From: Octopus bimaculoides
Taxonomy: Eukaryota
Length of the DNA: 63,920 nucleotides
Direction of reading: 5' to 3'
Assembly (NCBI RefSeq): GCF_001194135.2
Contig: NC_068982.1
Location: 4,436,193 to 4,500,112 of the forward strand
Shown here: piece after piece, positions 25,191 through 35,960 of the stretch
How the letters are laid out: every line of letters starts with the position of its first letter
Numbering within the stretch: position 1 is the stretch's first letter
Made by a program: the position numbers and the translations under genes
Notes under the pieces: generated by a model
Seen by the model: only the letters and a program-made list of their open reading frames with translations
The model's database searches: none
What the model was told of the DNA's origin: nothing

Positions 25191-25304
25191 AAAGGACAGT
25201 TGCTTAGTGCTAATTGTTCCATTCATGTCTTACGGTCGATACAGGTGACACACATGAATATATCTCCCTCCCTCCCTTTCTCTCTCTCTCTCTGTTTATA
25301 CCTT

Positions 25305-25355
<51 letters not shown>

Positions 25356-25459
25356 ATGAGGCATCTCTGGGCCAGTATTCGCTTCCACTCTCTATATAAC
25401 ATCATGCTGAGAGTGGTAACTGAAAGGGTTGAAGACAGGAATCTTTTTTGGCCAAGCTC

Positions 25460-25506
<47 letters not shown>

Positions 25507-25516
25507 GCTATTATTG

Positions 25517-25913
25517 TTTTCCCTTCCGTGAGCCATTCTGACATTGTCTCTGGCTCTGCTAGTATTTCATAGAATTTCTCAGCCAGCTTTTTATGTGGTC
25601 CTGTCAGGTATTTTAACCAGAAGTTGGGGATCTTATCGTGCCCGGGTACCTTTCACTTTCAGTTACTTAGTTTTTTCAGTGCCTGGGTGACTTTTTCATT
25701 TGTTTTAGGGGTCCAGAGTTTTTCAGGTGCTGAGTTCGTTGTTTTGATAGACCTTTTCTGAGGTTGTTTCTTCGCCGACCATATTTCTTCCAAAATTCTT
25801 CTACTTCTGCTGTTGGTGCTGCATTGATCGCTATTTTATTTGTTTCCTAGTTCTTGTTCTTGGTAGAATCTTTTGGAGTTGGAGTTGAACTGTTTGTTTT
25901 GTTCAAAGAATCG
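25517..25913 (-). mobile_element. R4/Dong-like LINE fragment (pre-RT region), bounded by (TTA)n and (GAT)n
   Basis: RFFEQNKQFNSNSKRFYQE...EVEEFWKKIWS...NFWLKYL...PETMSEWLTEGK. Confidence 0.8.
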
Positions 25914-25918
25914 TTATG

Positions 25919-26245
<327 letters not shown>

Positions 26246-26908
26246 NNNNNNNNNNNNNNNNNNNNNNNNNNNNNNNNNNNNNNNNNNNNNNNNNNNNNNN
26301 NNNNNNNNNNNNNNNNNNNNNNNNNNNNNNNNNNNNNNNNNNNNNNNNNNNNNNNNNNNNNNNNNNNNNNNNNNNNNNNNNNNNNNNNNNNNNNNNNNNN
26401 NNNNNNNNNNNNNNNNNNNNNNNNNNNNNNNNNNNNNNNNNNNNNNNNNNNNNNNNNNNNNNNNNNNNNNNNNNNNNNNNNNNNNNNNNNNNNNNNNNNN
26501 NNNNNNNNNNNNNNNNNNNNNNNNNNNNNNNNNNNNNNNNNNNNNNNNNNNNNNNNNNNNNNNNNNNNNNNNNNNNNNNNNNNNNNNNNNNNNNNNNNNN
26601 NNNNNNNNNNNNNNNNNNNNNNNNNNNNNNNNNNNNNNNNNNNNNNNNNNNNNNNNNNNNNNNNNNNNNNNNNNNNNNNNNNNNNNNNNNNNNNNNNNNN
26701 NNNNNNNNNNNNNNNNNNNNNNNNNNNNNNNNNNNNNNNNNNNNNNNNNNNNNNNNNNNNNNNNNNNNNNNNNNNNNNNNNNNNNNNNNNNNNNNNNNNN
26801 NNNNNNNNNNNNNNNNNNNNNNNNNNNNNNNNNNNNNNNNNNNNNNNNNNNNNNNNNNNNNNNNNNNNNNNNNNNNNNNNNNNNNNNNNNNNNNNNNNNN
26901 NNNNNNNN

Positions 26909-27053
26909 ACAAGTTAGAAGTTCATGTAGGTGTTATGCTAGGGTACCATATATTTGGATTTGTACAGTTTTGTTCTAGTGAATATTTAAGAAACCATAAG
27001 AAAATTATCTGTTTGCTTTAAAATTTGAGATCACATAGACAGTATTTTACGTA
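26909..27053 (-). mobile_element. Second copy of the same LINE 3' UTR, inverted relative to 26101-26245
   Basis: The reverse complement is nearly identical to 26102-26245, with scattered substitutions and indels. Confidence 0.85.
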
Positions 27054-27210
27054 TTTCACTTTGCCTATCAGTTACCTAAAAGACCGCTTCCTTCAAATCT
27101 TCCACCGGTTCTGTTGCCTAATTCCATCGATGTTATTGGATTAGATATGTTTTTGTATAGGGAGCCCGGTGTAGCACATCCATGTTGTTATTCATATTAT
27201 TATTATTATT

Positions 27211-27296
27211 TTATGTTTGACTTTTGTTTTGCATTTGTACAAGTTGGATCAAAGTCTCACCCAGAGACCTCAAGAGACAACAAGTTAGAAGTTCAT
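27211..27296 (-). mobile_element. Extreme 3' end of the same LINE, embedded between (TTA)n tracts
   Basis: Shares ACAAGTTAGAAGTTCAT with 26909-26925; (TTA)n on both sides. Confidence 0.7.
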
Positions 27297-27349
27297 TATT
27301 ATTATTATTACTATTACTATTATTATTATTATTGTTATTTTCCGATCGG

Positions 27350-27540
27350 GCCTCAATATGGGCGGTTTATGTCATCACAATTTTTTGAGTTTCGTTCATT
27401 GTTGGTTTCCCAGGGATGTGGTTAAAAAAATTTGTCACTACTTTTCTCGATCATACAAAATCAGGGATGGTTTTCGTTTTTAATTGCCACGTCCTTGATA
27501 TCTCAATCTCAAGGTCCTTATATTTCGACAGTTTCTCATA

Positions 27541-27541
<1 letters not shown>
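27350..27541 (-). mobile_element. R4/Dong-like REL-endonuclease fragment abutting (TTC)n
   Basis: EKLSKYKDLEIEISRTWQLKTKTIP...HIPGKP...TAHI. Confidence 0.8.
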
Positions 27542-27542
<1 letters not shown>

Positions 27543-27572
<30 letters not shown>

Positions 27573-27651
27573 CTTCTTCTTCTTCTTCTTCTTCTTCTTC
27601 TTCTTCTTCTTCTTCTTCTTCTTCTTCTTCTTCTTCTTCTTCTTCTTCTTC
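27543..27651 (+). repeat. (TTC)n microsatellite
   Basis: Read directly. Confidence 0.97.
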
Positions 27652-28039
27652 GCTCTCTGAAAATGAGATCGAAATCTGATACGCTTTGTGCAGTTGCCAT
27701 TGGGCGCTGGTCGACCCTGTCAAAATTTTATCATAAAGTCATAAGAGCCTACCGAAGGCAAATCTATTCATGGTAATCTCTAGCATATATCGTATGAACC
27801 GGAAGTCGTATTAGTCCTACAGGAAATCACACAAGAGCACGTGGTACGGAAGACACCACCGATGGCAAGGCCATCTACTTCCTATAGGAGGACAATCAAC
27901 CATCTTTTCCGTCTGTGAACGACCTGAAATCTACTCGCTGCAAATGATAAACAAAGGGAACACTGTAACATACAGCTTATGTATCTCCTACGAAGTTCTC
28001 TTTAGAAAAATACGCCATAATAACGTTGAAGTAAGAAAA

Positions 28040-28391
28040 CATCAATATCATGTCAGATAAATAAACAAATTTACAATAATTAACCAAGAACACAGACTTA
28101 TAATGATCTAGAAAGATTACAGAAATTAAAGAGAAGCCTGGAGAATAATATAATAGATGTTCTAGATTAATACTTAAACCAGAGCTCTGCTAGAACAAGT
28201 CAGGTAGTAGACATGAAAACTTCAGTTGTCTCAGTAATAGCTTACTATTATAATCTGGACTGGCGGCTAAATGAATTAACGAGATTAGGAAACAAACAAA
28301 CCAAAAGACTAATATCTGCATTTTTAATTCTACAAGGCAAAGAATCTGATTTAGAATTATTGTATTTATCACAAATACAGGAGCATTTCAG
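28040..28391 (+). mobile_element. Old R4/Dong-like LINE, left part (interrupted by a pogo-type element)
   Basis: VSVIAYYYNLDWRLNELTRL...KESDLELLYL (cf. AVPVIxY...DW...ELxxLD...SDxxRLY). Confidence 0.5.
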
Positions 28392-28393
28392 TA

Positions 28394-29631
28394 GGGGAGA
28401 GCGGGTCTAGTTGTTACACGGAAAGTTGTTACAAGCCCATTGTTTCCAACTACAAGAAACAGGTGGCACTCGGGTCTCGACCTCGTGAAGGCCAACTCCA
28501 TAGCATCATAACTGCACATGTGTATTGCACTGGTGGGTTGTCACCAAAAAAGGTATGGCTCAAAAAACGATTTTTTACTCCAAAAGTGAAATTTTGCCAC
28601 AAATTTATTTCCTTGACTACTAATGCACAAGTGATGTTACTAAAGTAGTTTGTGACTCATTAGGAAGTATTGGAAGTTGCTTTCGATACATGAAGGTGTA
28701 TCCTGGATGCCATGCATTGCTAGTGCTGTGAATGAGGTAATCCCCAGAAATCCATGGTTGAGGCTAATTGTTACAGTGTATCAACTTACCCCAGGCATGT
28801 AACAACTTACCCCTTCTATTTCAGTTTAAGACGCCATGCCTAGAAATTACAAAAGGAAGACTACAAGGGGGGATACCCCTCCTGATGTTATGGAAAGAGC
28901 CGTCAGAAAAGTTGTGGATGAAAAGAAATCATTATGGGATGTTGCCGTAAAACAGCGCTTGGTGGATGAACTAAACGAACGGAAATCCAAACCAAAGAAG
29001 GCAACAAAGGGGAAGAGAAAGTCAATTAAGACAGGTAAAGGGAAGCAAGCGAGTCACCGATTGGAAATGCCTTGTCTGCTCAGATTGGTAACTCCAACTC
29101 CCTTCCAGGTGAAGAATGGGCGCAGTGCATGATCTGTAAAGACTGGGCACGCGCTGACTGTACCGAGGGACGACATGACTTTCTGTGTGACCTGTGTGGT
29201 GAGAAGTCATTGGAGGACGATTCCGACTAGATGGCACATGTAACAATGGAGAAATTGGCTGATGAGGACTCTCAGTATCACAGTTAGGATATGAGGTGGT
29301 TCCAAGCACAGTTAATTAATTAAAATAATACTCCCTAGATGCAAGAAGCAGGAGACGTATTCATTTTAAACTTGTTTGTTAACATAATTCCAAGTTATCG
29401 ACATTTGTAACAAAGTACCCCAGTGAGTGTCAACGAACCCCGCATTCGGGGCAAATTGTTACAACTGATAACACCTCATTAATTAGAACCTGTCTAATTA
29501 ATGTTATGTAATTTCTGTAAATAGAGATGTTTTACTAGTTAAATCTGAAAAGAAATTTCAGCTGTGTTCATTTATGTGGGTGCCAAGGCAAAAAAAAGCA
29601 AAATAATGTAACAACTAGACCCGGTCTCCCC
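28394..29631 (+). mobile_element. Internally deleted pogo-type DNA transposon with intact TIRs and TA TSD
   Basis: TA-GGGGAGAGCGGGTCTAGTTGTTACA ... TGTAACAACTAGACCCGGTCTCCCC-TA. The ORF from 28836, MPRNYKRKTTRG...MERAVRKV, is psq/CENP-B-type HTH-like. A frameshifted C-terminal PHD-like segment reads CLVC...GEEWAQCMICKDWARADC...FLCDLC*. No DDE core is present. Confidence 0.9.
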
Positions 29632-29633
29632 TA

Positions 29634-30119
29634 CACTAAACTAGAACTTATGGAAAATATCCCATGAGGCTATCAAATTATTAAATATAGAACAGAAGGA
29701 ATATAATACAAACAGCTGTCGACGATGAAGAGCAAAATCACTTATTTACTATCTTGAAGGAAGGTAGCAACTATTACATAACCGACGGGATATTGTTGTG
29801 AAGATTCATTAGAAAACGGTGCCTCCCAATCGAAGCGTTAGTTTCTGGGAACGATAATGTCTCCTTAAAATTAATAATGAAATTAATCAAATATAAAAAT
29901 TCAGAAGTAAAGTTAACCAAAATTTACAGAATGGAAATGGAAGCACTCATTATAATTACAGTTGGTTACTTACTCATTAAAAATAATGTAAGCAAATACA
30001 CAGTTGTATCATCAAGACTAAAACTTATACATAGCGTACAGGAAATAACATTACTGTGTTATATAACACACATATTATTTAAAGTAATTTCGATTCAACA
30101 AAAAACACAAAAACTATAA
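29634..30119 (+). mobile_element. Old R4/Dong-like LINE, right part (REL C-terminus)
   Basis: KLIKYKNSEVKL...VQEITLLCYITHILFKVI aligns by eye with KLSKYKDLEIEI...VQKIVLMGTAHILRKIL. Confidence 0.5.
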
Positions 30120-30561
30120 CAAAACTCTGTATTTAGTGAAAGTACACAAAGATAATCTCGGTTATGCATTGATTCAATAACAAGATTACTAAAAATTACC
30201 AATAAAAACGTACGTATGTATGCAAAATAACAAAGAAAAGATTATCAAGAAACCTAAACCCAACACTATAATTAGCAAAAAAAAAAAAAAAANNNNNNNN
30301 NNNNNNNNNNNNNNNNNNNNNNNNNNNNNNNNNNNNNNNNNNNNNNNNNNNNNNNNNNNNNNNNNNNNNNNNNNNNNNNNNNNNNNNNNNNNNNNNNNNN
30401 NNNNNNNNNNNNNNNNNNNNNNNNNNNNNNNNNNNNNNNNNNNNNNNNNNNNNNNNNNNNNNNNNNNNNNNNNNNNNNNNNNNNNNNNNNNNNNNNNNNN
30501 NNNNNNNNNNNNNNNNNNNNNNNNNNNNNNNNNNNNNNNNNNNNNNNNNNNNNNNNNNNNN

Positions 30562-30593
<32 letters not shown>

Positions 30594-31000
30594 CATGTAT
30601 TGTTTTTGTAAGCTAGAACTGCAAAAACAACGAGCAGATTAACAATAGGACACAAGCGAAAATAAAGGAACCAACTAAGATCAAAACCACAGCCATTCAG
30701 AAGAATATCAACCATTTCCATTAATAAATCGAACTGCTTGAAAAGCATCTTCCAGCAACTCAAAGACGTATGACGATTTTCATAGAGTGAGCCTAATGCG
30801 AGCTCATTACAAAATAAGACGACACTGGCTTCAGAAGCCGTGTCCTCTGAAGAGGTTAACTTCTATAAAAACACACGTCTCCTATTTTTGTGTGCGCACC
30901 AAAGTAACGATAAGATTTGAGAATAGTTTGTTGGACAAGTTTTACATTGCTGTCAAACACAGCTGCAATATCCACGGCGAGATAAGTGTTGTGACGTGAC

Positions 31001-31272
31001 TGGTCCTCCGTCGGTTATGACGATGAGGGTCCCAGTAGATCCGATCAACGGAACACACCTCCTTGTGAAATTATGGTGCAAGTGGCTGAACATTCCACAC
31101 ACACGCGTACCCGTAATGTAGTTCTCAGAGACATTTAGCGTGGCACAGAACGTGACCTAACTGAGTGGACTGGGAGCAATTTGAAACAATGTGTCTTGCT
31201 CAAGAGACACAACGCACCGTCGGGAATCGAACCCATGACCTTACGATCGCGAGCCGAATACTTTAACCACAA
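31001..31272 (-). mobile_element. SINE family C with an internal deletion
   Basis: CTCCGTCGGTTATGACGATGAGGG...GGGAATCGAACCCATGACCTTACGATCGCGAGCCGAA. Confidence 0.85.
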
Positions 31273-31804
31273 AAGCGAAACAAATAGGAAAACATGTTTA
31301 TTGAAATACACTAAGAAATGAAGGAGTTTCACAATGAAAAGATACCAGAAGAAGGAAATATGTATATATAATGTAAAATATAAGAAAATATTGTATATAT
31401 ACAAAGGAAATACAACTTAACAACTGACAACAAAACAATATGAGTTTAGCATGTGGGTGAAAGCGAAACAACAAAATTAAGTTTTGAATAGAAGCAAAAG
31501 AAAATGGAATGATCCACGTTTGTACAGCTGAGTTGTATTCTATATCATGTCTATTTTATGTGATTACTAAATACAAACATACTGCGTGATGAAATAGCAC
31601 AGAGTTATCAAATAAGCAAGAAATAATAAACACACCAGGATAACAAAACTAAAGGAAATCCTTTTCATTTAAAAATATATCAGTTATGTATATATATACA
31701 TGGAGAAATCAATTAGCACAAAAGAAAAAAAAAGAATAAAGCCCTATTGACCATGTCAGAATATTCAATGAAATTTTACAGTGATTCAAAAGCAATCACG
31801 ATAT

Positions 31805-32015
31805 TTATTTCTTTATTGCCCACAAGGGGCTAAACATGGAGGGGACAAACAAGGATAGACAAAGGGATTAAGTCGATTACATCGACCCCAGTGCGTAACT
31901 GGTACTTATTTACTCAACCTTGAAAAGATGAAAGGCAAAGTCGACCTCAGCGGAATTTGAACTCAGAACGTAGCGGCAGACGAAATACCACTAAGCATTT
32001 CACCCGGCATGCAAA
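31805..32015 (-). mobile_element. SINE family A with the alternative tail
   Basis: TATTTCTTTATTGCCCACAAGGGGCTAAACATGGAGGGGACA...GGAATTTGAACTCAGAACG. Confidence 0.9.
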
Positions 32016-32213
32016 GCGATCAAGATATTAAGATACAACAACACTTGGTTGCGAAGCGTCTCCTCTAAGAGGAGAAAAACATCGAAGAAAAAGTCTCGTG
32101 TTGGTGCTAGTGTCGAAAGTTTGAAGAAATTTAGAGAACGGGGAGCAGACGAACATAATAAAAGAGGGATATTTCTGGTGGAGAGGGAAAACAAACGGAA
32201 TAGGGAAAGAAGA

Positions 32214-32318
32214 ATAAGGCAAGGCTTTGTGGTAAAACGTTTGCTTCCCAATCGCATGCTCCCGGGTTCCCACATCTTGTCAGTGGATTTGGTAGACAGA
32301 AACAGAAAGAGGACCGTG

Positions 32319-32350
<32 letters not shown>
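32214..32350 (+). mobile_element. SINE family B 5' half (outer element of the nested structure)
   Basis: GTGGTAAAACGTTTGCTTCCCAATCGCATG...GTGGATTTGGTAGACAGAAAC, then (TA)n. Confidence 0.7.
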
Positions 32351-32355
<5 letters not shown>

Positions 32356-33318
32356 TTTACTTCNNNNNNNNNNNNNNNNNNNNNNNNNNNNNNNNNNNNN
32401 NNNNNNNNNNNNNNNNNNNNNNNNNNNNNNNNNNNNNNNNNNNNNNNNNNNNNNNNNNNNNNNNNNNNNNNNNNNNNNNNNNNNNNNNNNNNNNNNNNNN
32501 NNNNNNNNNNNNNNNNNNNNNNNNNNNNNNNNNNNNNNNNNNNNNNNNNNNNNNNNNNNNNNNNNNNNNNNNNNNNNNNNNNNNNNNNNNNNNNNNNNNN
32601 NNNNNNNNNNNNNNNNNNNNNNNNNNNNNNNNNNNNNNNNNNNNNNNNNNNNNNNNNNNNNNNNNNNNNNNNNNNNNNNNNNNNNNNNNNNNNNNNNNNN
32701 NNNNNNNNNNNNNNNNNNNNNNNNNNNNNNNNNNNNNNNNNNNNNNNNNNNNNNNNNNNNNNNNNNNNNNNNNNNNNNNNNNNNNNNNNNNNNNNNNNNN
32801 NNNNNNNNNNNNNNNNNNNNNNNNNNNNNNNNNNNNNNNNNNNNNNNNNNNNNNNNNNNNNNNNNNNNNNNNNNNNNNNNNNNNNNNNNNNNNNNNNNNN
32901 NNNNNNNNNNNNNNNNNNNNNNNNNNNNNNNNNNNNNNNNNNNNNNNNNNNNNNNNNNNNNNNNNNNNNNNNNNNNNNNNNNNNNNNNNNNNNNNNNNNN
33001 NNNNNNNNNNNNNNNNNNNNNNNNNNNNNNNNNNNNNNNNNNNNNNNNNNNNNNNNNNNNNNNNNNNNNNNNNNNNNNNNNNNNNNNNNNNNNNNNNNNN
33101 NNNNNNNNNNNNNNNNNNNNNNNNNNNNNNNNNNNNNNNNNNNNNNNNNNNNNNNNNNNNNNNNNNNNNNNNNNNNNNNNNNNNNNNNNNNNNNNNNNNN
33201 NNNNNNNNNNNNNNNNNNNNNNNNNNNNNNNNNNNNNNNNNNNNNNNNNNNNNNNNNNNNNNNNNNNNNNNNNNNNNNNNNNNNNNNNNNNNNNNNNNNN
33301 NNNNNNNNNNNNNNNNNG

Positions 33319-33921
33319 AATTCCGTCTACCCTCACCTTAGAAGTCTTTCTTCCAAGGTACGTGGGTAGAAGTACTACTTCCTCCGTTTTTACAGTTGTA
33401 CTTACCAGCCTCTTTGCCTCTTCCGCTGTCCTAAATTGGACAAACACCGTCCCATATCTATTTCCTTTCTCTATATATGTCACTTCCTTCGAAAGCCTCT
33501 TCAGAGCTTTTTCTACTTTTTCCATCTCCATCCGCTCCACCTTCCTACTCTCCACTGCGTACACCTTGTAGGTAATGGTGTTCTTTTCCATATTTACCAT
33601 AACCCTTTTCGGGGGTAATAACTTTACGTCACCGCCCACCTTCTGTGTCATCTTACGCAGTTCCTTCAGTCCGGTTAGGTCCACTTCCCTTTTCTTCACC
33701 TCTGCAGCCTCAGCAAAACATTTTACTCTTTCCAAATGCTCGTCCATTCAGTTTACCGCCTTAACGAGCTCCTCCTCTGCTGAGGACAGTTCATACTCGC
33801 TAAGGTCCGAATAATTCCTTTCCACCGGTACAATACTTACCGACAAACTGCTGTCAGGCAGCTCAAAAAATTCCGTCCGTATCGTCAAAAATCAACACAG
33901 CGAATAGATCGACGCATGCGC
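33319..33921 (-). mobile_element. L1/Tx1-like LINE 5' end, copy 1, with ORF1 (RRM-like), truncated by a gap
   Basis: Open frame 33747-33319: MDEHLERVK...GNRYGTVFVQFRTAEEAKRLV...LLPTYLGRKTSKVRVDGI (RNP1-like motif followed by VRVxGI). The in-frame extension SSAEEELVKAVN lies before a TGA. The 5' end is GCGCATGCGTC. Confidence 0.6.
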
Positions 33922-33936
33922 GGAAACAAGCTTCTT

Positions 33937-34314
33937 TATTTCAATATTTTGCCATAAAGGCATTACATAGAGGGGACACTACAACACATGTGGGGACATA
34001 TAACAATGTGGGGAGGGTGGGTCTGAGTGGTCTTTTAGGTGGGATGGAGTTGAACTGGGGTGCCACATCATACGCAGTGTTCTTTCTTTTTTCTCTTCTT
34101 CCTTCTACTCTCTGTTACTCTCCATTCTTCCTCCATCTTCTCATACTCCGACAGACCAGCCAAGTCCAGCTGCCTTCGCTTCACCTCCGTGGCCTCAGCA
34201 AAACTCCTTGTCTTCTCCAACACTCTGTCCATCTTTATGATCGCCCTTACCAGCTCCTCCTCTGCTGAAGACAACTCAGTCTAAAGTTTGAGTACATCAT
34301 CTCTACCCTCAAAG

Positions 34315-34350
<36 letters not shown>

Positions 34351-34402
34351 NNNNNNNNNNACACAAACGACAAACCAAATGCACTCTGGGTGACGCATGC
34401 GC
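33937..34402 (-). mobile_element. Related LINE, copy 2: 5' end, about 60 ORF1 codons, and a putative 3' UTR (internally deleted)
   Basis: SSAEEELVRAIIKMDRVLEKTRSFAEATEVKRRQLDLAGL is homologous to copy 1, with the same 5' GCGCATGCGTC. It ends TGTCCCCTCTATGT...GAAATA. Contains a 10-N gap. Confidence 0.55.
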
Positions 34403-34442
34403 GGAAGCAAACTTCTTATCAAACAGCTACGCCTGCGCTTAT
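34403..34442 (-). mobile_element. SINE family B head (first 40 bp), interrupted by the LINE
   Basis: The reverse complement ATAAGCGCAGGCGTAGCTGTTTGATAAGAAGTTTGCTTCC compares with ATAGGCGCAGGCGTGGCTGTGTTGTAAGAAGCTTGCTTCC at 15860. Confidence 0.8.
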
Positions 34443-34735
34443 ATATATTTGTGTGTGTGTTTATGTGCGTGTGTGTGCGCTCTTATATATATATATGCGT
34501 GTGTGTAAGTGTATGTTTATGTGCGTGTGTTTGTGCTCCGCCACTACTTTCCAACCAGTGTTCGTATGGTGACGTCCCGGTAATTTCGCGGTTCGGTATA
34601 AGGGAGCGATACAAAAACTGCGGGCTCAAAAAAGAAAGCAATGGGCTGGATTCGTTCGACTACGAATTCTTCTTCCTGGCGATATCCCACCATGGCCACA
34701 GCCTAATGAATGAAACAAGTAAAAGAAACAAAAAT
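34443..34735 (+). mobile_element. SINE family B 3' half (outer element), diverged
   Basis: TG-rich tract, then CAACCAGTGTTCG...GACGTCCCGGTAAT...CATGGCCACAG...GAAACAAGTAAAAG. Confidence 0.65.
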
Positions 34736-34899
34736 AATGAAACCTGATAACAAAACATATGCAGATTCATGGTAAAGAATGAAAAAGATGCTGCAAAGGA
34801 AATAAAATAACAAATAGAGAGAATTCACACATAAAATAAAGCAAAAGAACAGACCACACCCCAAAGAATATGCTTTTAAAATCCGATGAAAGCATCACA

Positions 34900-35330
34900 A
34901 TAGAATCTATCATACAGGAAGGACATAAAAATTCGCAAAAGAAAGAAAAATACACAGTTGTAGCAGGGACAAAAACAATAAATGAAACCTAAAATGAAAA
35001 GAAGTGACAATAGAAAAAAACCTGCCGGGCAAGGAAATCAACAAGGCTGTAGAAGAAAATAAAGCAAAATGAAAATAAAGACGAATTGAGTTCTAAAATG
35101 ATGATCAAGATCATAGATGTCTCCATAGAAACATTGACCCAAAACAAAAGTATCATTTCGTCTTCTCGTTTATGAACAAACCGAACTGAATTAGACCTAT
35201 TCAGCAGATATAAATAACTAACAAGGAAAATATATAAAAAAATTCAAGGAAAAACGAAGACGCCTGTTTCGTCTTGGAAAATGGAGAAAAGAGCGATATC
35301 GAATATATACAGGATGTTGCAAAAGTAGGT
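34900..35330 (+). mobile_element. Possible very degenerate LINE RT N-terminal remnant
   Basis: A-rich; EINKAVEE...DELSSKMMIK resembles EVxKAIxxMKxxKAPGxDxLxxEMxK. Confidence 0.3.
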
Positions 35331-35709
35331 ATACAGTTATGAAAAGAGAAAACAGTTTCGATAAAAGTATATTATAATTATGATAAATGTATTACGATTA
35401 ATGACACTGAAAATATCAAACATGAGGCGAATTTAATGTGAAAATAATTTTAATGAATTAAGTATTACAACATTCATGCGATACGTACTGTAATATCTAC
35501 TTTTGTAACACCTGTATACACACACACACACACACACACACACGGTATATAAAAATACTCCCTCAAACTAAAAGAAAGATTTAAGCAAATATGAACAACA
35601 CAACGTAGGATAAGACACTTGGAAATGCATGGATACTAACTCGGCAGAAACAACGCATTGAAACATGGAGAAAAGAAATGGTATTGAGGCATTGCCAAAG
35701 CAACGGAAT

Positions 35710-35905
35710 CTTTTATACTTTTCCTTGTTTCAGTCATTAGACAGCGACCATTGAAGAATTTTAGCCGAACGAATCGACGCCATTGCTTATTGTTGTCAGC
35801 CTGGTACTTATGCTGTCGGTCTCATTTGTGGAACCGCTAATTTACGGGGACGTAATCACGCCAACATCTCCTGTCAAGCTGTGGCGGGGAACACAGTTGC
35901 AAAGG

Positions 35906-35936
<31 letters not shown>

Positions 35937-35960
35937 AACACGCGCATATATATATATTTA
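35710..35960 (-). mobile_element. SINE family B 3' half
   Basis: TTGTTTCAGTCATTAGACAGCGACC...GGGGACGTAATCACGCCAAC...TGTCAAGC, then (CA)n. Confidence 0.75.
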
